64,000 nucleotides of DNA from positions 12,648,001 to 12,712,000 of the forward strand of contig JBHGNT010000009.1 in assembly GCA_043228905.1 (NCBI GenBank), read 5' to 3'. Each line of letters starts with the position of its first letter. The stretch's first letter is position 1. Below are positions 1-12,793 of the stretch, piece after piece. Both the position numbers and the translations under genes were made by a program. The notes below the pieces were generated by a model. That model was given only the letters and a program-made list of their open reading frames with translations, was not told the origin of the DNA and did not search any database. The stretch is from Azolla caroliniana (lineage: Eukaryota > Plantae > Polypodiophyta).

Positions 1-12
1 ATCAAAGAACCC

Positions 13-414
13 GTGCTAGCATTGATTGATCACGGATCGGAGATCAGCTTGATGTCCAAGGAATTCTACCGGAAGGGTAAGTGGCCTATTAACACGAATC
101 ATGGGTGGAAGATCCGGGCGGCCACTAAAGCAACAGAAGATCTATTTGCGGCTTGTCCGGATGTGACGATGAAGATCGGGGATGTCGAGATCAACCAAAA
201 TTTCTTCGTACAAGACAAGGTCTCACACTCCGTGATCCTCAGGCAACCTTTTATCACAGCATCACGGATGGAGACGAAGGTGCTCGATAGCGGTGCGGAT
301 TTTGCGCGAATTTGGAGCCAAAACGGAGGGAAATCCGTCCAATTCCTAACTGTGCCGGCAAATCATGAAAGGAACAAGAGAGAGCTCTTGTCCCAAACAA
401 GAATGGATTTTTAG
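13..414 (+). pseudogene. Retropepsin-like protease at the end of G1 ORF1 (partial)
   Basis: LIDHGSEI catalytic-type motif, VILRQPF (ILG-like) motif; ends ATG GAT TTT TAG. Confidence 0.75.
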
Positions 415-702
415 AGCGGACTGTTGCGGAGTGGGGAAGTGATAGTCCGAGAAGCCTTGATACCCCACACAGGAAGATACCTCTCGGTGCAAAACAAGTA
501 CGAATCGTTCTGGATGGGGCATCCACGTACACGGCCGTAACCGGAGGAATGAAGAAAGAATACCGAAAAGTGGAGGATAAGTTACGGTCGGCATCAATAA
601 TAAAAGAAGACGAAGAAATCGTGGGAATAGTCGAAGAAGTGTTCTATGGGAGCACACTACAACGGCTTGAAGAGCTCACGGAAGATACAAGCTAGGGAAA
701 CC

Positions 703-1330
703 GGGTAATTCCGGTGGAGTTGGTCGAGATGTACGAGATCATTGTGAAAATGGGGCTGGATGCGATCCGCAAAGAATAAGCAATGGTAAGTACGAAATAC
801 AAGACCGTGGAGAAGAAAGTGAAACCGGCCACGAGACCGTTACCCACAGATAGCGAACAAAAGAGGATAGAAGTCTCGGGGGATCCGACACTTCGGAAGT
901 CCATGGATATCAGACATGCCTTCACGGATGAGACCCGGAGAAAACTTCGGATCGGTGGAGGTGGGTTCCTATTAAAGAATGAAGAAGAACGATTATGTGG
1001 GATGCTAGAGCGACATGGGTAATTCCGGTGGAGTCAGTCGAGATGTACGAGATCATTGTGAAAATGGGGCCGGATGCGCTCTGCAAAGAAGAAGCAATGG
1101 TATGTACGAAATACAAGACCGTGGAGAAGAAAGTGAAACCGGCCATGGGACCGTTACCCGCAGATAGCGAACAAAAGAGGAAAGAAGTCTCGGGGGATCC
1201 GACACTTCGGAAGTTCATGGATATCGGACATGCCTTGACAGATGAGACCCGGAAGAAACTTCGGATTGGTGGAGATGGTTTCCTATTAAAGAATGAAGAA
1301 GAACGATTATGTGGGATGCTAGAGCGACAT
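703..1330 (+). repeat. 314-bp tandem duplication inside G1 pol
   Basis: gggtaattccggtggag begins at 703 and again at 1017; the copies differ by scattered substitutions. Confidence 0.9.
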
Positions 1331-1459
1331 GGGAGACTATTTGCATTTACATCGAAAGAAATAGGATGCGCTGACCTGAAGATAGTGGAGCCGATGGTGA
1401 TCTTCACGATTGACCATGTGTCATGGAACCTGAAGCCGATTCCGGTGCCACGGGCGCAT

Positions 1460-1846
1460 TGTAGAAAGTAGCGTGCGGAAGCAGGTATGAAGACCGAACA
1501 GAAGGACGGAAACTCAGGTTCAATGGAGAGCTTGAGCTTACACGGTATACGCAGGAGAGACAGAGAGAGTAGACACAAAAAATATATTCAACAATAATAC
1601 TCCAGTCTGTACATAAGACGTGCTCAGTGAACACTTTTATACAAGTCCTAGAAGGACTGATCGAAGTACTGACAGTACTTCAATGCTCATCAAGAGCTCC
1701 TACACTAACTCCCAAATATATTCCTCACGGAATATCTTTCCTAACGACCTCCCGGTTTACGCACTCGGCCTAACCAATCGGTCCCAACCGATCCGGTCCT
1801 CGGTTTCTTCAGCCGATCCGGCCGATGTTGAGCTTGTCTCTCAACA
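1460..1846 (-). repeat. 3' LTR of copia A
   Basis: Direct repeat of 6265-6651; adjacent PPT (ttgagggggag on minus strand). Confidence 0.95.
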
Positions 1847-2349
1847 CTCCCCCTCAAGCTCAACTTGAGGCTCTTCGGGACCTTCACAGCGCCGGTTCCT
1901 CCTGGCTTCTCGCCTTGCTCGCGCTCCTCGACATGTTCGACTCCGCACACTTCGACCCTTCCGGTCGGCTTGTCTGCTCATGCGGCCTTTATCAGCTCTT
2001 CTGCTATTGCGGTGTTGATGCTTCTGTTGCTGCCTTTTCTTCCACTTGGGCCTCGGTTGATTCAGCGTATCTGAATCAAACATCCGAACCGACTCGGCTA
2101 CCTCCGATCGGTCTTCGCTCTCGTCCGAGTTGGCTGTCTCCAACTCATGTTCGGTCATCTCGCCCTCGATGGCGTCATCTTCCCCATGCGTGGTTGCCTT
2201 CGGCTCTCTCCTTCAGTTGCTCCCCTTCTGTCCGCTTCCGAACTTTTCCGCGGGTCCGCCCTCGGCTTCTTCAGCCGATCCGAAGTCGAACTTGACAACC
2301 GACTTGGTGTCGCGGTCTCCGCTCCATTCCTGCTGCCTTGCTTGGTCTT

Positions 2350-5300
2350 TCGGGACCGTTCTCCCCCTCAAGTTCGGCACGTCAAGGTGACGCAATCCGA
2401 GCGCACCTGAGAATTGCCGCACCTTGTCCAGACCAAGAGGTTGGTGAAGATGTCGGCAGCCTGCCGATCCATCGGAATGTACTGAAGTTTGACTTCACCA
2501 GAAAGGACATGCTCACGGACAAAATGGTAGTGCACCTCAATGTGCTTGGTCCATGCGTGGAAGACGGGGTTCTTCGCGAGTTGGATGCTGCACCGGTCCG
2601 ATATAGCAGTCTGCGGTCCTTAGTGCCGCTTACGTACCGAAGTACGCATTGCGCACACTAAAGGTGCTCCTCAATAGGTCGCGCCATGAACTGACTGATC
2701 ACCCCGACCGGATAACTGAGGTCGGGTCGGGTGATGGTCAAGTATATGAGGCTTTCGACAATTTGTCGGAACCTCGTCGGGTCGTATTCCTTTCCCGTAT
2801 CGGGACGAAGCTTGACGGTTCTGTCCAAAGGAGTCGAGACGGACTTACAATCGGCCATCTCGAGCTTGAAGAGCATACTCAGCACGTAATGACGTTGGCT
2901 GATCAATATGCCTTCGGGGGTACGGATCACTTCGATCCCGAGGAAGTAATGAAGGTCCCCCAGATCCTTCTTGTCGAACGATGCCGCAAGCTGGAGCTTG
3001 ACGCGATCGATTTCACCTAGGTCGACGCCGGTGATGACCAAGTCATCAACATATAGTAAAATACTAACCGGTCCGAGTTGACCTTTCCGGATGAACAGGG
3101 AAGAGTCCATCCGACGCAGTTGTTGCGTGATCTTCGCGTTCCAGGAACGCGGGGCTTGCTTCAGTCCGTAAAGGGACTTCTTCAGTCGGCATACTACCTA
3201 GGAGTTCGTTCCGGAGTGAAATCCGGGGGGCTGTACCATGTACACCTGTTCCTCAAGGTCACCTTGCAAGAACGAATTCTTTACATTCATCTGATGTAAG
3301 TGCTACTGCGAGCAAAACACGGACGGTCGTCATTTTCGCAACCGGCGCAAACGTCTCATCGTAGTCGATGTCGTGTTTTTGCGCGTAGCCCTTATCCACT
3401 ACCCAAGCCTTGTACCGGTTAACGGAGCCATCGGTGTTGTACTTGACCTTGTACACCCACCTACACCCGATCGGTTTTACCCCTGTTGGTGCGTCAACCA
3501 GGTCCCAGGTCTCGTTCTCCGCCAATGCGTGCATCTCTTCCTCCATCGCGGCACGCCAATTCGCGTATTTAGCCGCTTCTACGTAGCTCTCCGGCTCACG
3601 CACTTCCGCTACACGGGTCATGTACGCATAATGATGCGCCATGTACTCGTTGTATCCGAACCACAAAACAGGATTCTTCTGGCGGGTAGATCGGCGTAAT
3701 CTCACATTAGCCGATGTCGAGGCCTTCTCGGTCGACGCGGTCTTCACCTTTAAAGACCCGTCACCGGTTCCCTCGGAGTCAGACTCATGTCGGTCTGACT
3801 CTTTCCTATCCGTGCCGGAATCTGACACCTTCTTCTTCCCTTTCTCTTTGCGTGTAAGCCGTCTCCTCGGCTTCCTGCGCGGGGAATGCACGGCCGAGTC
3901 TCCACTACTCGCCGGCTCTTCATCGGACTAGTCGTACCGACTCAGTCGTCCAATCGGTCCACTTAACCGGAGTGAAATCAGACTCTCGTCGCGGATCTCG
4001 ATTTCGGGCTCATCTGGAGGTATCTCGGCCTCGCTGACCTCATCGTCAGAGCTCGGATTTGAGTCGGGGTTCCGAGTCGGGCTGGTACCAGGACGCGGAC
4101 TCGTCAAACACAACGTCGCAGCTTACACGTGCTTGTTTGGTGCGAGGGTTATAGCACTTATAACCCTTCTGCTAGTCCGAGTAACCGACCAAGATGCATT
4201 TCTCGGCCTTTGCGTCCAGCTTCCTCCTTTTCTCCTTCGGTATATGCACATATGCAATGCTACAGAACACCCTCAAGTGTCGCAAGTTCGGCTTCGTTCC
4301 GAAATATAGCTGGTGCGCCGACACTCTTTCTCCGATCCGGTTCTGGATGTATACCGTGGTCCTTACCGCCTCGACCCAGTAGAACTTGGGCAAGCTCTTC
4401 TCCTCCAGCATTGCCCGTGTCGCTTCCACAATTGACCGATTCTTTCTCTCGGCCACGCCGTTCTGCTCCGGCGTGTATCTACAACTGAATTCGCGGCGAA
4501 TTCCCATTTGTTATAGGTAACCGTTGAATTGACCGGAAAAGTACTCTTTCTCGCCATCCGACCGCAGGCACTTGATCTTTCGTCCTGTTTCCGTTTCCAC
4601 GAACCCTTTGAGGTCCCGGAAATAGTCGAAGACTTCGCTCTTCCTCTCAATCAGGTAGATCCACGTGTGCCGCGTGTGGTCGTCGATGAAGGAGACGAAA
4701 TATCGGCTCCCGCCAAGACTAACGTTTTGTGTCGGCCCCATACATCGCAGTGTATAAGGTCGAGCTTATTCCGGCTCCGGTTTCGCTCGTTTGGAAAAGG
4801 AAGTCGGTGTTGCTTCCCGAGCTGGCAGGCTTCACAAATTTGTGCCTTTCGGCCACTAAATTTGGGCAATCCGAATACTACCTGTTTCGATTGCAGATCT
4901 TGAAGCCGTTGGTGGTTGACGTGGCCTATCCGCTTGTGCCACAAGTCGATGTCCGACTCGGTCTTTTGTCCCTTCGCGAACATTGCGGTGCCGCCGTCAG
5001 TGGAGTTGAGGATGAACATCCTCCCGTCTCTACGCCCTTGCGCAATCACATGGCCTTCTTCCTCACTTAAGCACCCGAGGTGTGTAAACCGAACCTCTAT
5101 CCCTTGGTCGACGATCTGTCCGAGTGAGAACCACTCCTTATGGCTCGTCATGTGGTTTGACGCGCCAGAGTCTACGTACCACACCTCGTCCGATCTCGGG
5201 GTGGTCTATTTCATTGAGTTTGCTTCGTGTCTCGTCACGAAGGCAGTCCCTTCTCCGGCTCTCCCGGAGTCTTCGGCGTAGTGCGATCGCTGCCGATTTC

Positions 5301-6195
5301 CCTTGTCGGTATGTCTGGAGTCGTTCCCGGAACCAGTTCTCTCCGAATCGGCGTGCTTCTTCCAACACTCACTTTCTCTGTGGCCTTTCTTGCCACAGTA
5401 CCAGCACTCCGCGATGGATTTCCCTTGCCGGTTCTCATCGCTTCGACTCCCCCTGTTTCCGAAGGGTCCGAAGTTGCTGTCGGCATCACTTCAGTGCCTT
5501 CTTCCCTGATCTTGTCGGCCGCCTCCATTGCACGCCGACTCGCCTCGTCCTCCACATCCACGGGGCCTATCTCCCTCCGTGTATAGCATTCTGTTGTCGG
5601 TGTGCATGCTTGTAGAAGCACCCACGTGGTTCTTCTCTACGAGGAGCATTGACTGTAAGTCAAAGAAGGACGGTGTATTCTCCCGGGTACACACAGCCGT
5701 TCGGAACGCTCCGAACTTCGACACCAAACCTCCGAGACAGATCTGGACCATCTCGCTCTCCTCGATGTTCACCTCTATGGAGGCGAGGGAGTCGCAGATA
5801 TCCTTGATCTTCGAGGTATAGTCTACCACCGACAAGTCGCGTTGTCGTAGGTTGCTCAACTCCTGTCGGAGCTGAAGCTTCCTGGCTGTGGTGCTCGCGG
5901 TGAAAATCTTCTTCAGATTTTGCCACGCACCCTTCAGCGTCTTTGCATCCCGAACATAGCTCAATAGTTGTTCGCCCACACACGACGCGAAGCAGTACAA
6001 TACCCTACTCGCCGATTGCTCCCACAACGGGAAGTCTCTGTGTGTCGATTCGGGTGCCGCGTCATTAGCTCCTTCGACATAACTCCAGTAGTCGTGCCCG
6101 AGCAGGTACTGGTGCATCTTGTAGGACCAAGACACGTAGCTGGTTCTGTCGAGCTTCTCTGTTGGAAGCGAGCTCGCCATGCCTCTATCCATCAT
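2350..6195 (-). pseudogene. copia A gag-pol, with frameshifts and deletions
   Basis: Gag (LPTEKLDRTSYVSWSYKM), CWYCGKKGH knuckle, WYVDSGASNH protease, LWHKRIGH/CEAC integrase, TPEQNGVAERKN, ILLYVDDL RT, TKHIEVHYHFVRE RNase H. Confidence 0.9.
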
Positions 6196-6252
6196 TCTTC
6201 TCGTTCTTCTTCGTCAAGCTGTGTCGGCTGCAGAGAGGTTCTCAACCCTCGC

Positions 6253-6264
6253 GCTTTGATACCA
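6253..6264 (-). promoter_or_regulatory. Primer binding site (initiator Met tRNA) of copia A
   Basis: TGGTATCAAAGC immediately inside the 5' LTR. Confidence 0.9.
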
Positions 6265-6651
6265 TGTAGAAAGTAGCGTGCGGAAGCAAGTATGAAGACC
6301 GAACAGAAGGAAGGAAACTCAGGTTCAATGGAGAGCTTGAGCTTACACGGTATACGCAGGAGAGACAGAAAGAGTAGACACAAAAAATATATTCAACAAT
6401 AATACTCCTGTCTGTACATAAGACGTGCTCAGTGAACACTTTTATACAAGTCCTAGAAGGACTGACCGAAGTACTGACAGTACTTCAATGCTCATCTAGA
6501 GCTCCTACACTAACTCCCAAATATATTCCTCACGGAATATCTTTCCTAACGACCTCCCGGTTTACGCACTCGGCCTAACCGATCGGTCTCAACCGATCCG
6601 GTCCTCGGCTTCTTCAGCCGATCCGGCCGATGTTGAGCTTGTCTCTCAACA
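6265..6651 (-). repeat. 5' LTR of copia A
   Basis: Matches 1460-1846 with roughly nine substitutions counted by eye. Confidence 0.95.
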
Positions 6652-8435
6652 CGCATATTCCGAAAATCATTGACTTGCTCAAGGAGAAGGTGGTGATAGG
6701 CATTCTAGAGCCATCAAATGCTCTGTACTCAAATCGATGGTTTACGGTTCCGAAGAAGAATGGGTTACTCCGATTTATTCAAGATTTGCAACTGGTGAAC
6801 AAGGTCACGATCCGGAACTTCGGAGTCTCTCCGATAGTGGACAAATTTGCGGAAGCATTTTCCAGTCACGCGATATACTCCATCGGAGACCTATACTCCG
6901 GATATGACCAATTCCAACTAGCTGTGAAGAGCCGAGACATCACTACCATGCGGACACCGATAGGATTAGTCCGGATGTGTACGCTACCACAAGGCGCGAC
7001 GAACTCGGTCGCACATATGATGAATGCGATGAACAAGGTGCTTCGAGACTGCATTCCGGAGATAACGATGCCGTTCCTAGATGACATTCCAATGAAAGGA
7101 TGCGCGGTAGAAGAAAAACACGAAACTATGGATGATCGGGAATGCCGAAAGTTTGTAGTCAACCATATTCGCAATTGCGAGAAAGTGCTTCGAAAGTCAG
7201 AAGATGTGCACCTAACACTTTCCGGAGAGAAATCAGCATTCGGACAAGAAGAAATATTGGTAGTCAGACATCTATGTGGGCCCTACGGCCGAAGACCGTC
7301 CCCAACCAATATCAATGCGATTCAAGCTATGAAAGAAGTATGCGAGTCACAATCCGAAGTTCGAAGGTTTCTTGGAGCATGTGCATTCTACCACATATGG
7401 ATTCCGCACTATGCACATATAGCGGACCCACTCTATCAGTTGTTGCGGAAGGGTAAGAAGTTTGAATGGAAACCGGAGCATACCAAAGCCGTGAAGAAGC
7501 TCAAGAAATCACTACGGAGGGCAGAAGCACTAAAGAAGCCGAACTATGACCAACCGATCATAGTAACGGTTGACACAAGTCCAACCGGAATCGGATGGGT
7601 CATCAATCAAGCCGATCTAGAAAGTTCGCGATATCCGATCCGATTCGGAGCAATGGTTCTCAACGAAAGGCAACGCCGATATGCACAAGTTAAAAGAGAA
7701 TTATGGGGAGTCCTGTCGGCAATCAAATCGAATCGAGATTATTTGATCGGAGCCGAAGTAGTGATCGAAACGGATTGTCTTCCGATACTCGGGATGATGC
7801 GGTGTTGCACGATACCGGATGTGGCTATGCTAAGATGGATTGCATATGTTAAGTCACTTAATCTGGAGGTAAGACACATCTCTCGAAAAGACAACGCTGT
7901 AGCGGATATGCTATCAAGGGCGCGGTTCGGAGATGACATGACCGAATCCGATAATGAAGAAGTTTCTGAAGACTACTTTGCTTCAAAGCACATATCCTGG
8001 GTGGACGTAATCCAAGAATTCCGAGAAGAAGAGTACGAGGGAGAAAGCTTGTTGATCGGGAAAATGCTATGAGAAATCGAGGAATCATCGGACAATAAAG
8101 AGAAGAGAGTTGAGATCCAAAGTAAGAAACGACAAGTCCGAAAGTTCTTCTTGAAAAATGGAGTTTTATGGAGGGAGCCGAAAAGACCGGGTGGCATGCC
8201 ACTTCGAGTAGTCAAGACAAAAGAGCAACGAAACCAGGTAATGTCTGAATTTCACGAATCTGATTGGGCTGGACATCGGGGAACATGGGCAACATTTGGG
8301 AAGATCAAGCAAAGATATTGGTGGAAGAATATGTACAAAGATGTCGCGGAGTTCACGGAAAGCTGCGAGAAGTGTCAAAGCTACTCCGGAGTTCGACACC
8401 GAGATGAGTTACATCCGACATTCTCACCGACAATC
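6652..8435 (+). pseudogene. G1 pol continued: RT, RNase H, integrase zinc finger, then truncated
   Basis: WFTVPKKNG, DLYSGYDQF, LPQGATNS, PFLDD; RNase H VTVDTS/ETDC/NAVADMLSR; HESDWAGH...CEKCQ. Confidence 0.9.
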
Positions 8436-8443
8436 AAGCCTGC

Positions 8444-8830
8444 TCAGTTCTGAGGCATAACGGGGGGTCGAGGGTATACGTGGCCGAACTCATGGAGTAC
8501 ACGGGCAATTTCTCGGAATAACATATCTTCTCCGCCCTCTGTCCTGTAGCCCTTGCTGGTCAGACAATACTCGCTGAAGTATTTGATGAGCCGTTCGGAG
8601 GTAGGGTTGTCAATAGTATAGATGCCCCCCTCCGGAAGGCCTGTTAGTGCACGGATAGCTTCCTCCGTGATCAACTCGGTGTCAATTTCTTTAATGATCT
8701 TGTCAGCTTCTCTGTGTGGTGGTGCTTCCATGATTGTGAGGTACTCCTCCAATCCGTGTTGTCGTAGCCATTTCTTGGCGGCCTCGGAGAGAATTTGACA
8801 GTCCATGTCTGCGTCGAGGTCGGACAGCAT
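8444..8830 (-). pseudogene. G2 additional ORF (ORF3), N-terminal part, function unknown
   Basis: Homologous to 60992-61777 (LSEAAKKWL.QHGLE, ITEEAI..LTGLPEGGIY.IDNP, FREIARVLHE). Confidence 0.7.
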
Positions 8831-9252
8831 TGGTGAGGGTTGTGTATGAGGAAGCTCTGTGTATGAGGAAGCTCTGTGTGAGGAGGCTCTGTGTGAGGAA
8901 GCTATGTGTGTGTTGGCTCTCTTCTGATGATCTTCAAGCGCCTATGTGCATTTGTGCTCCTTGGTTCGCGAAAGAAGAAGGTCTTGATACGGGGGGGGTT
9001 TCTCTCTGCAACTTGGCGCATTTTTCAAGCCTACGTGTGTGCAGGTCGTGTACTATAATAGCATTACGTGCCATGTGGCGGTGGTTTAATGCCCTATTCA
9101 TAACCCCCTCGTACCTTTTTGAAGTGCCTCTTTACTCCTCGTTTGCATGGCCATTCACACCACTCCTTTGCATGATTTCTTTGATTCGTTTCGATTTTTT
9201 TTATTTTTTTATTTTTTTATTTTTTTATTATTTTTTAATATCAATTGTTAGG

Positions 9253-12200
9253 TTAATTCGTCTCCGGTCCTATCGGACCCTTACCCGAATGAGGAATCTT
9301 GCCGGCCTCGTGACGGTTTGCCGTCCTCTTATCCAACCCGTGTGCCAGCTCTTTGTCCCCCTTACCGGCTTCGTTGTTGTTGATTGCTAATCGGGTTGCC
9401 GTTGTTTCCGGTATGCCGTTATCTGGTTTGGCATCGGCCTTTCCTTGTTCAAATGGGTTCCTCGGCATGGGTTCCTTGTATGGCTTTAGTCGAAATCCGT
9501 TGACCCACTTACCCAGGACCTCGCCGGCAAGTGTACCTAACTCGTAGGATCCATTGAACTCGCGTGTGATCCAGTACGGTCCGGTCCACCAAAACCGTAG
9601 TTTCCCCGGCATTTTTCCCATCCGGGTTTGGAACACTAGTACCGGCTTGCCGATTCCAAACATCTTTTCATTTCCTTTTCGGTGCCAATCCACAAACGCC
9701 TTTCTTCACCACTACTCCAGTTCTAGGTGCATGATACCCGCTAATCAATGTTCTTCTAGTTCACACAGAGCTACTAACGGAATTGCCTCTGATTCCTTCT
9801 CGTTTAACCGTTCCCTAACCTGAATCTGTAAGCTCGGGACCTGGAACTCTATCGGCATGACGGCCTCCAATCCGAATGCTAGCCGAAACGGTGTGGTTTG
9901 GATGCTTGTTTTGTAGGCTTGTCCGGTAAGCCCAGAGTGCGTTGTGCAACTTCGTATCCCAGTCTGTCCGGTTTTCGTTGACGATTTTCCGAAGGATGTT
10001 CTGTAGCGTTTTGTTCGTCGACTCGGCTAACCCGTTTGCTTGCGGATAGTATGGCGTGCTCCGTTTATGCACCACGGCATAGAACGACGTCAAGCTTTCC
10101 ACCACTTGGCCGAGGAAGTGCCCTCCTTGGTCACTTATTAGCTCGATCGGGCATCCATACCTGCACCAGATGTATTCATACAAGAATTTCGTCGTCGACG
10201 CCGCGGTGTTGTTGCGCAAGGCTTTGGCTTCTACCCATTTCGTGCAGTAATCCATTGCGACAATTACATACCGGTTGCCGGTTTGCATTGTCGGTGGTTT
10301 AAATGGACCCACAAAATCCAGCCCCCATTTTTGAAATGGTTCTAACGGCAATACTGGCTGGTGCGGCATCCTAGCTTGTTCGGTTGGCTGGCCCATTCGT
10401 TGACATAAATCGCATTCTTTAGCATACCGGACCGCATCATTCAATGTTGTCGGCCACCATAGGCCACTCTGCCATATCTTCCTTGTCGTAGCATCTCCGG
10501 CGACTCCGCAGTGTGCTTCTCGTAGTATTATATCCTTCTCGTCGTTGCGCACCGCCCGTCGCCATATACCGTCCGCGCCTTTGTGTTATAGCGTGTCCCG
10601 TAATAAACAGAAGTGTCGGCTTTGTACCGCCAGGCGTTTCCTCTCATCCCGGTTCATCTCCTCCGGAGGCAATCCGGTGCTTAGAAATTGTTGCATATTC
10701 GTTAGCCACTTATCTTCTTGTGCCACCATTTCATTTGTTGCCGTTTCCGTGGTGACTCAAAATAGCTCAGCATCCGGAAACTCGTCCGGGATTCCGTCAC
10801 CAGTCTCGCCGGAATCTAACCGGCTCAAATAGTCTGCTACTGCGTGTTGTATGTCGGGTCGGTGGAATATTTCGAACTCAAATTCCTGCAACAGTAACGT
10901 CCACCGTGCCAACTTACCGGTTAGTGACGCTTTGGAAACTAAATAGAGGAGTGCCGAATGATCTACGTGGAAGGAAAATTTCCTTCCTAGCAAATAATGT
11001 CTGAATTTTGTCATGTTGTAGGTCCAACACTTCATCTGTAAATGGGAGTGGGAATGCATCTGTTACCGTCGCCGCATTAAGCTTACGGTAGTTGACACAA
11101 ACTCTAATTTTGCCGTTTTTCTTTGGTACGACTACTATCGGGCTCAACCATGTAGATTTCTTTACTGGGCGGATAAAGCAAACCCTCAGCAACTTGTCGA
11201 TTTCCTCCTTGACTTTGACGGCGTAATTTGGATTCATCCGGTACCGCCGCTGTGCTACCGGTTTGGCGTCTTTGCTGAAATGTATCTGATGCTAATATAG
11301 CTGAGGATCGAGCCCTCGTATATCCTCGTAAGACCAGGCAAACACGTCCCGAAATTCTTTGAGAAGTGTAATCATCGCCGTTTTGTTCTCCGGAGTCATT
11401 TCCTTGGCGATGTGCACCGGTCTCGCCTCTTCCGTAGTTCCTAGATTTACCTCCTCTAGTTGAGATGCTTTAACCCGTTGCGATATGGCCATTTCTCTTT
11501 CTAGCGCCTCCTGTGCTTGCCGTAGCTCCCGAATCACTTCTTTATTTGGTTCCTCATCAGCTCCGTCCGGTGGGAGTATGTATGGTGATACGGCTTCGGC
11601 TACGTCGATTTCGAACAGAGGTACGATCTTCGGATTATCCTGCAAGTATTGATCTACCTCTTTGTCTGCTAATCCGTCTAGCATATTGACGCGTGTCAAT
11701 TCCTTCCCGGTACCCGTCCGTGGTTGTGTCGGTACCCGTACTTTTGCTTTTCCCCGCCGGAAGGTGATTATATTTTTCCTCCAGTTTTGTTTAATGTGTG
11801 CCGTTTTCAACCACGGCCGGCCCAACAATAGTGGGTAAGCTCCTTGTGCCTATAGTTGTAGCACTATTGCCGAGATGCGAAATGTGTGGCCGCTGATCGT
11901 TACTTCCAAATCTCGTATCAAGCCGGTCGGTCGCACTGAGCTTGTATCCGACATCCGCAGTCAGAACGGGCATGGTTCCCACTCTTGGATTCCCAAGGTT
12001 TTGCACGTTCAGAGGCTAATCACATTGACGCCCGATCCTCCATCTATTAATGTTTGTGTCTACTACTGCCGGTCCCTCCTCCAGATTTGAGAAGAATGTT
12101 GGAGCCGGTGGTGTTTCTCCTACCGTCATGCCTGTCTTGAGTCCTTCTGTGAATCTGGGCACTAGCTGCAGGAGCTGTCCTAATGGCAGCGTGATTTGGC

Positions 12201-12430
12201 ATTCCTGCAGTGCCTGCCATGTCGCATTTTCGGGCTGACTATTGTCGGCGAGCTCTTCGGTATTTTCCTTTTGTTGCACAAGCTCTGCCATGTTTCGCGC
12301 ATTCGCCTTTTTTACCCATTCCGTTGCCTGCTTGCGGATGGCCTCTTGCGCCTCCCATTCCGTCGTCTTACCCTTCGATCTTGTGGTTACCTGCTGCAGG
12401 TCTACGACTTCGGCGACTACCATGTTCACC
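9253..12430 (-). pseudogene. G2 pol with the RT core deleted
   Basis: IDGGSGVNVI protease (~12030), WLSPIVVVPKKNGKIRVC RT start joined at ~11030 to RNase H (FHVDHSAL, HAVADYLSR), integrase WGLDFVGP/ISDQG/YYPQANGLAE. Confidence 0.85.
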
Positions 12431-12793
12431 GCCAGTCGTTTATCAGAGCTCTTTGTCGGGCATTGATTACTATAATGTCCTTCTTGTCGGCAATAATAGC
12501 AATACGCTTTCCGGGTAGTGCTGGATTCGGCATTGTTTCCTGCCCCCGGTGGAGGACCTGTGGTAACAGTGGGGCTTTGATCCGGTTGGCTGCTTGAGGC
12601 GCCCTTCTCCAGTTCCCGTAGGTAACCCCTTTTCTTGAAATGGCGTTTCTTTTTGTTCCGATACTCTTGACGGGGCTGGTCATCATGTCTCCTGTAGGCT
12701 TCCCGCCGTTGGTTGTAACCGGGGGATTGGTCCCGATTGTATCTTTCATACCGTCCATTATAATCCCGGTACCGATCATATCTATCATACCGG

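Larger units (their letters stand above)
1..1459 (+). mobile_element. Ty3/gypsy element G1, 5' part (protease and linker), interrupted by copia A
   Basis: Aspartic protease motif ALIDHGSEISLM. Linker YKTVEKKVKP...WNLKPIPVPRAH resumes in frame after copia A as IPKIIDLLKEK. Confidence 0.85.
1460..6651 (-). mobile_element. Ty1/copia LTR retrotransposon A, both LTRs present, internally degenerate
   Basis: 387-bp TG..CA LTRs, 5-bp TSD CGCAT (1455-1459 / 6652-6656), Met-tRNA PBS, PPT, gag-PR-INT-RT-RH order on the minus strand. Confidence 0.95.

Noticed and set aside
6630-6651. N-terminus MLSLSLNT of the 480-aa RT ORF
   Set aside because: Derived from the copia A LTR; the true upstream sequence is at 1459.
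8830-9390. 186-aa ORF with a hydrophobic F/Y/I stretch (env-like)
   Set aside because: Antisense to G2; the hydrophobic run is translation of a T-rich tract and the start comes from short tandem repeats.
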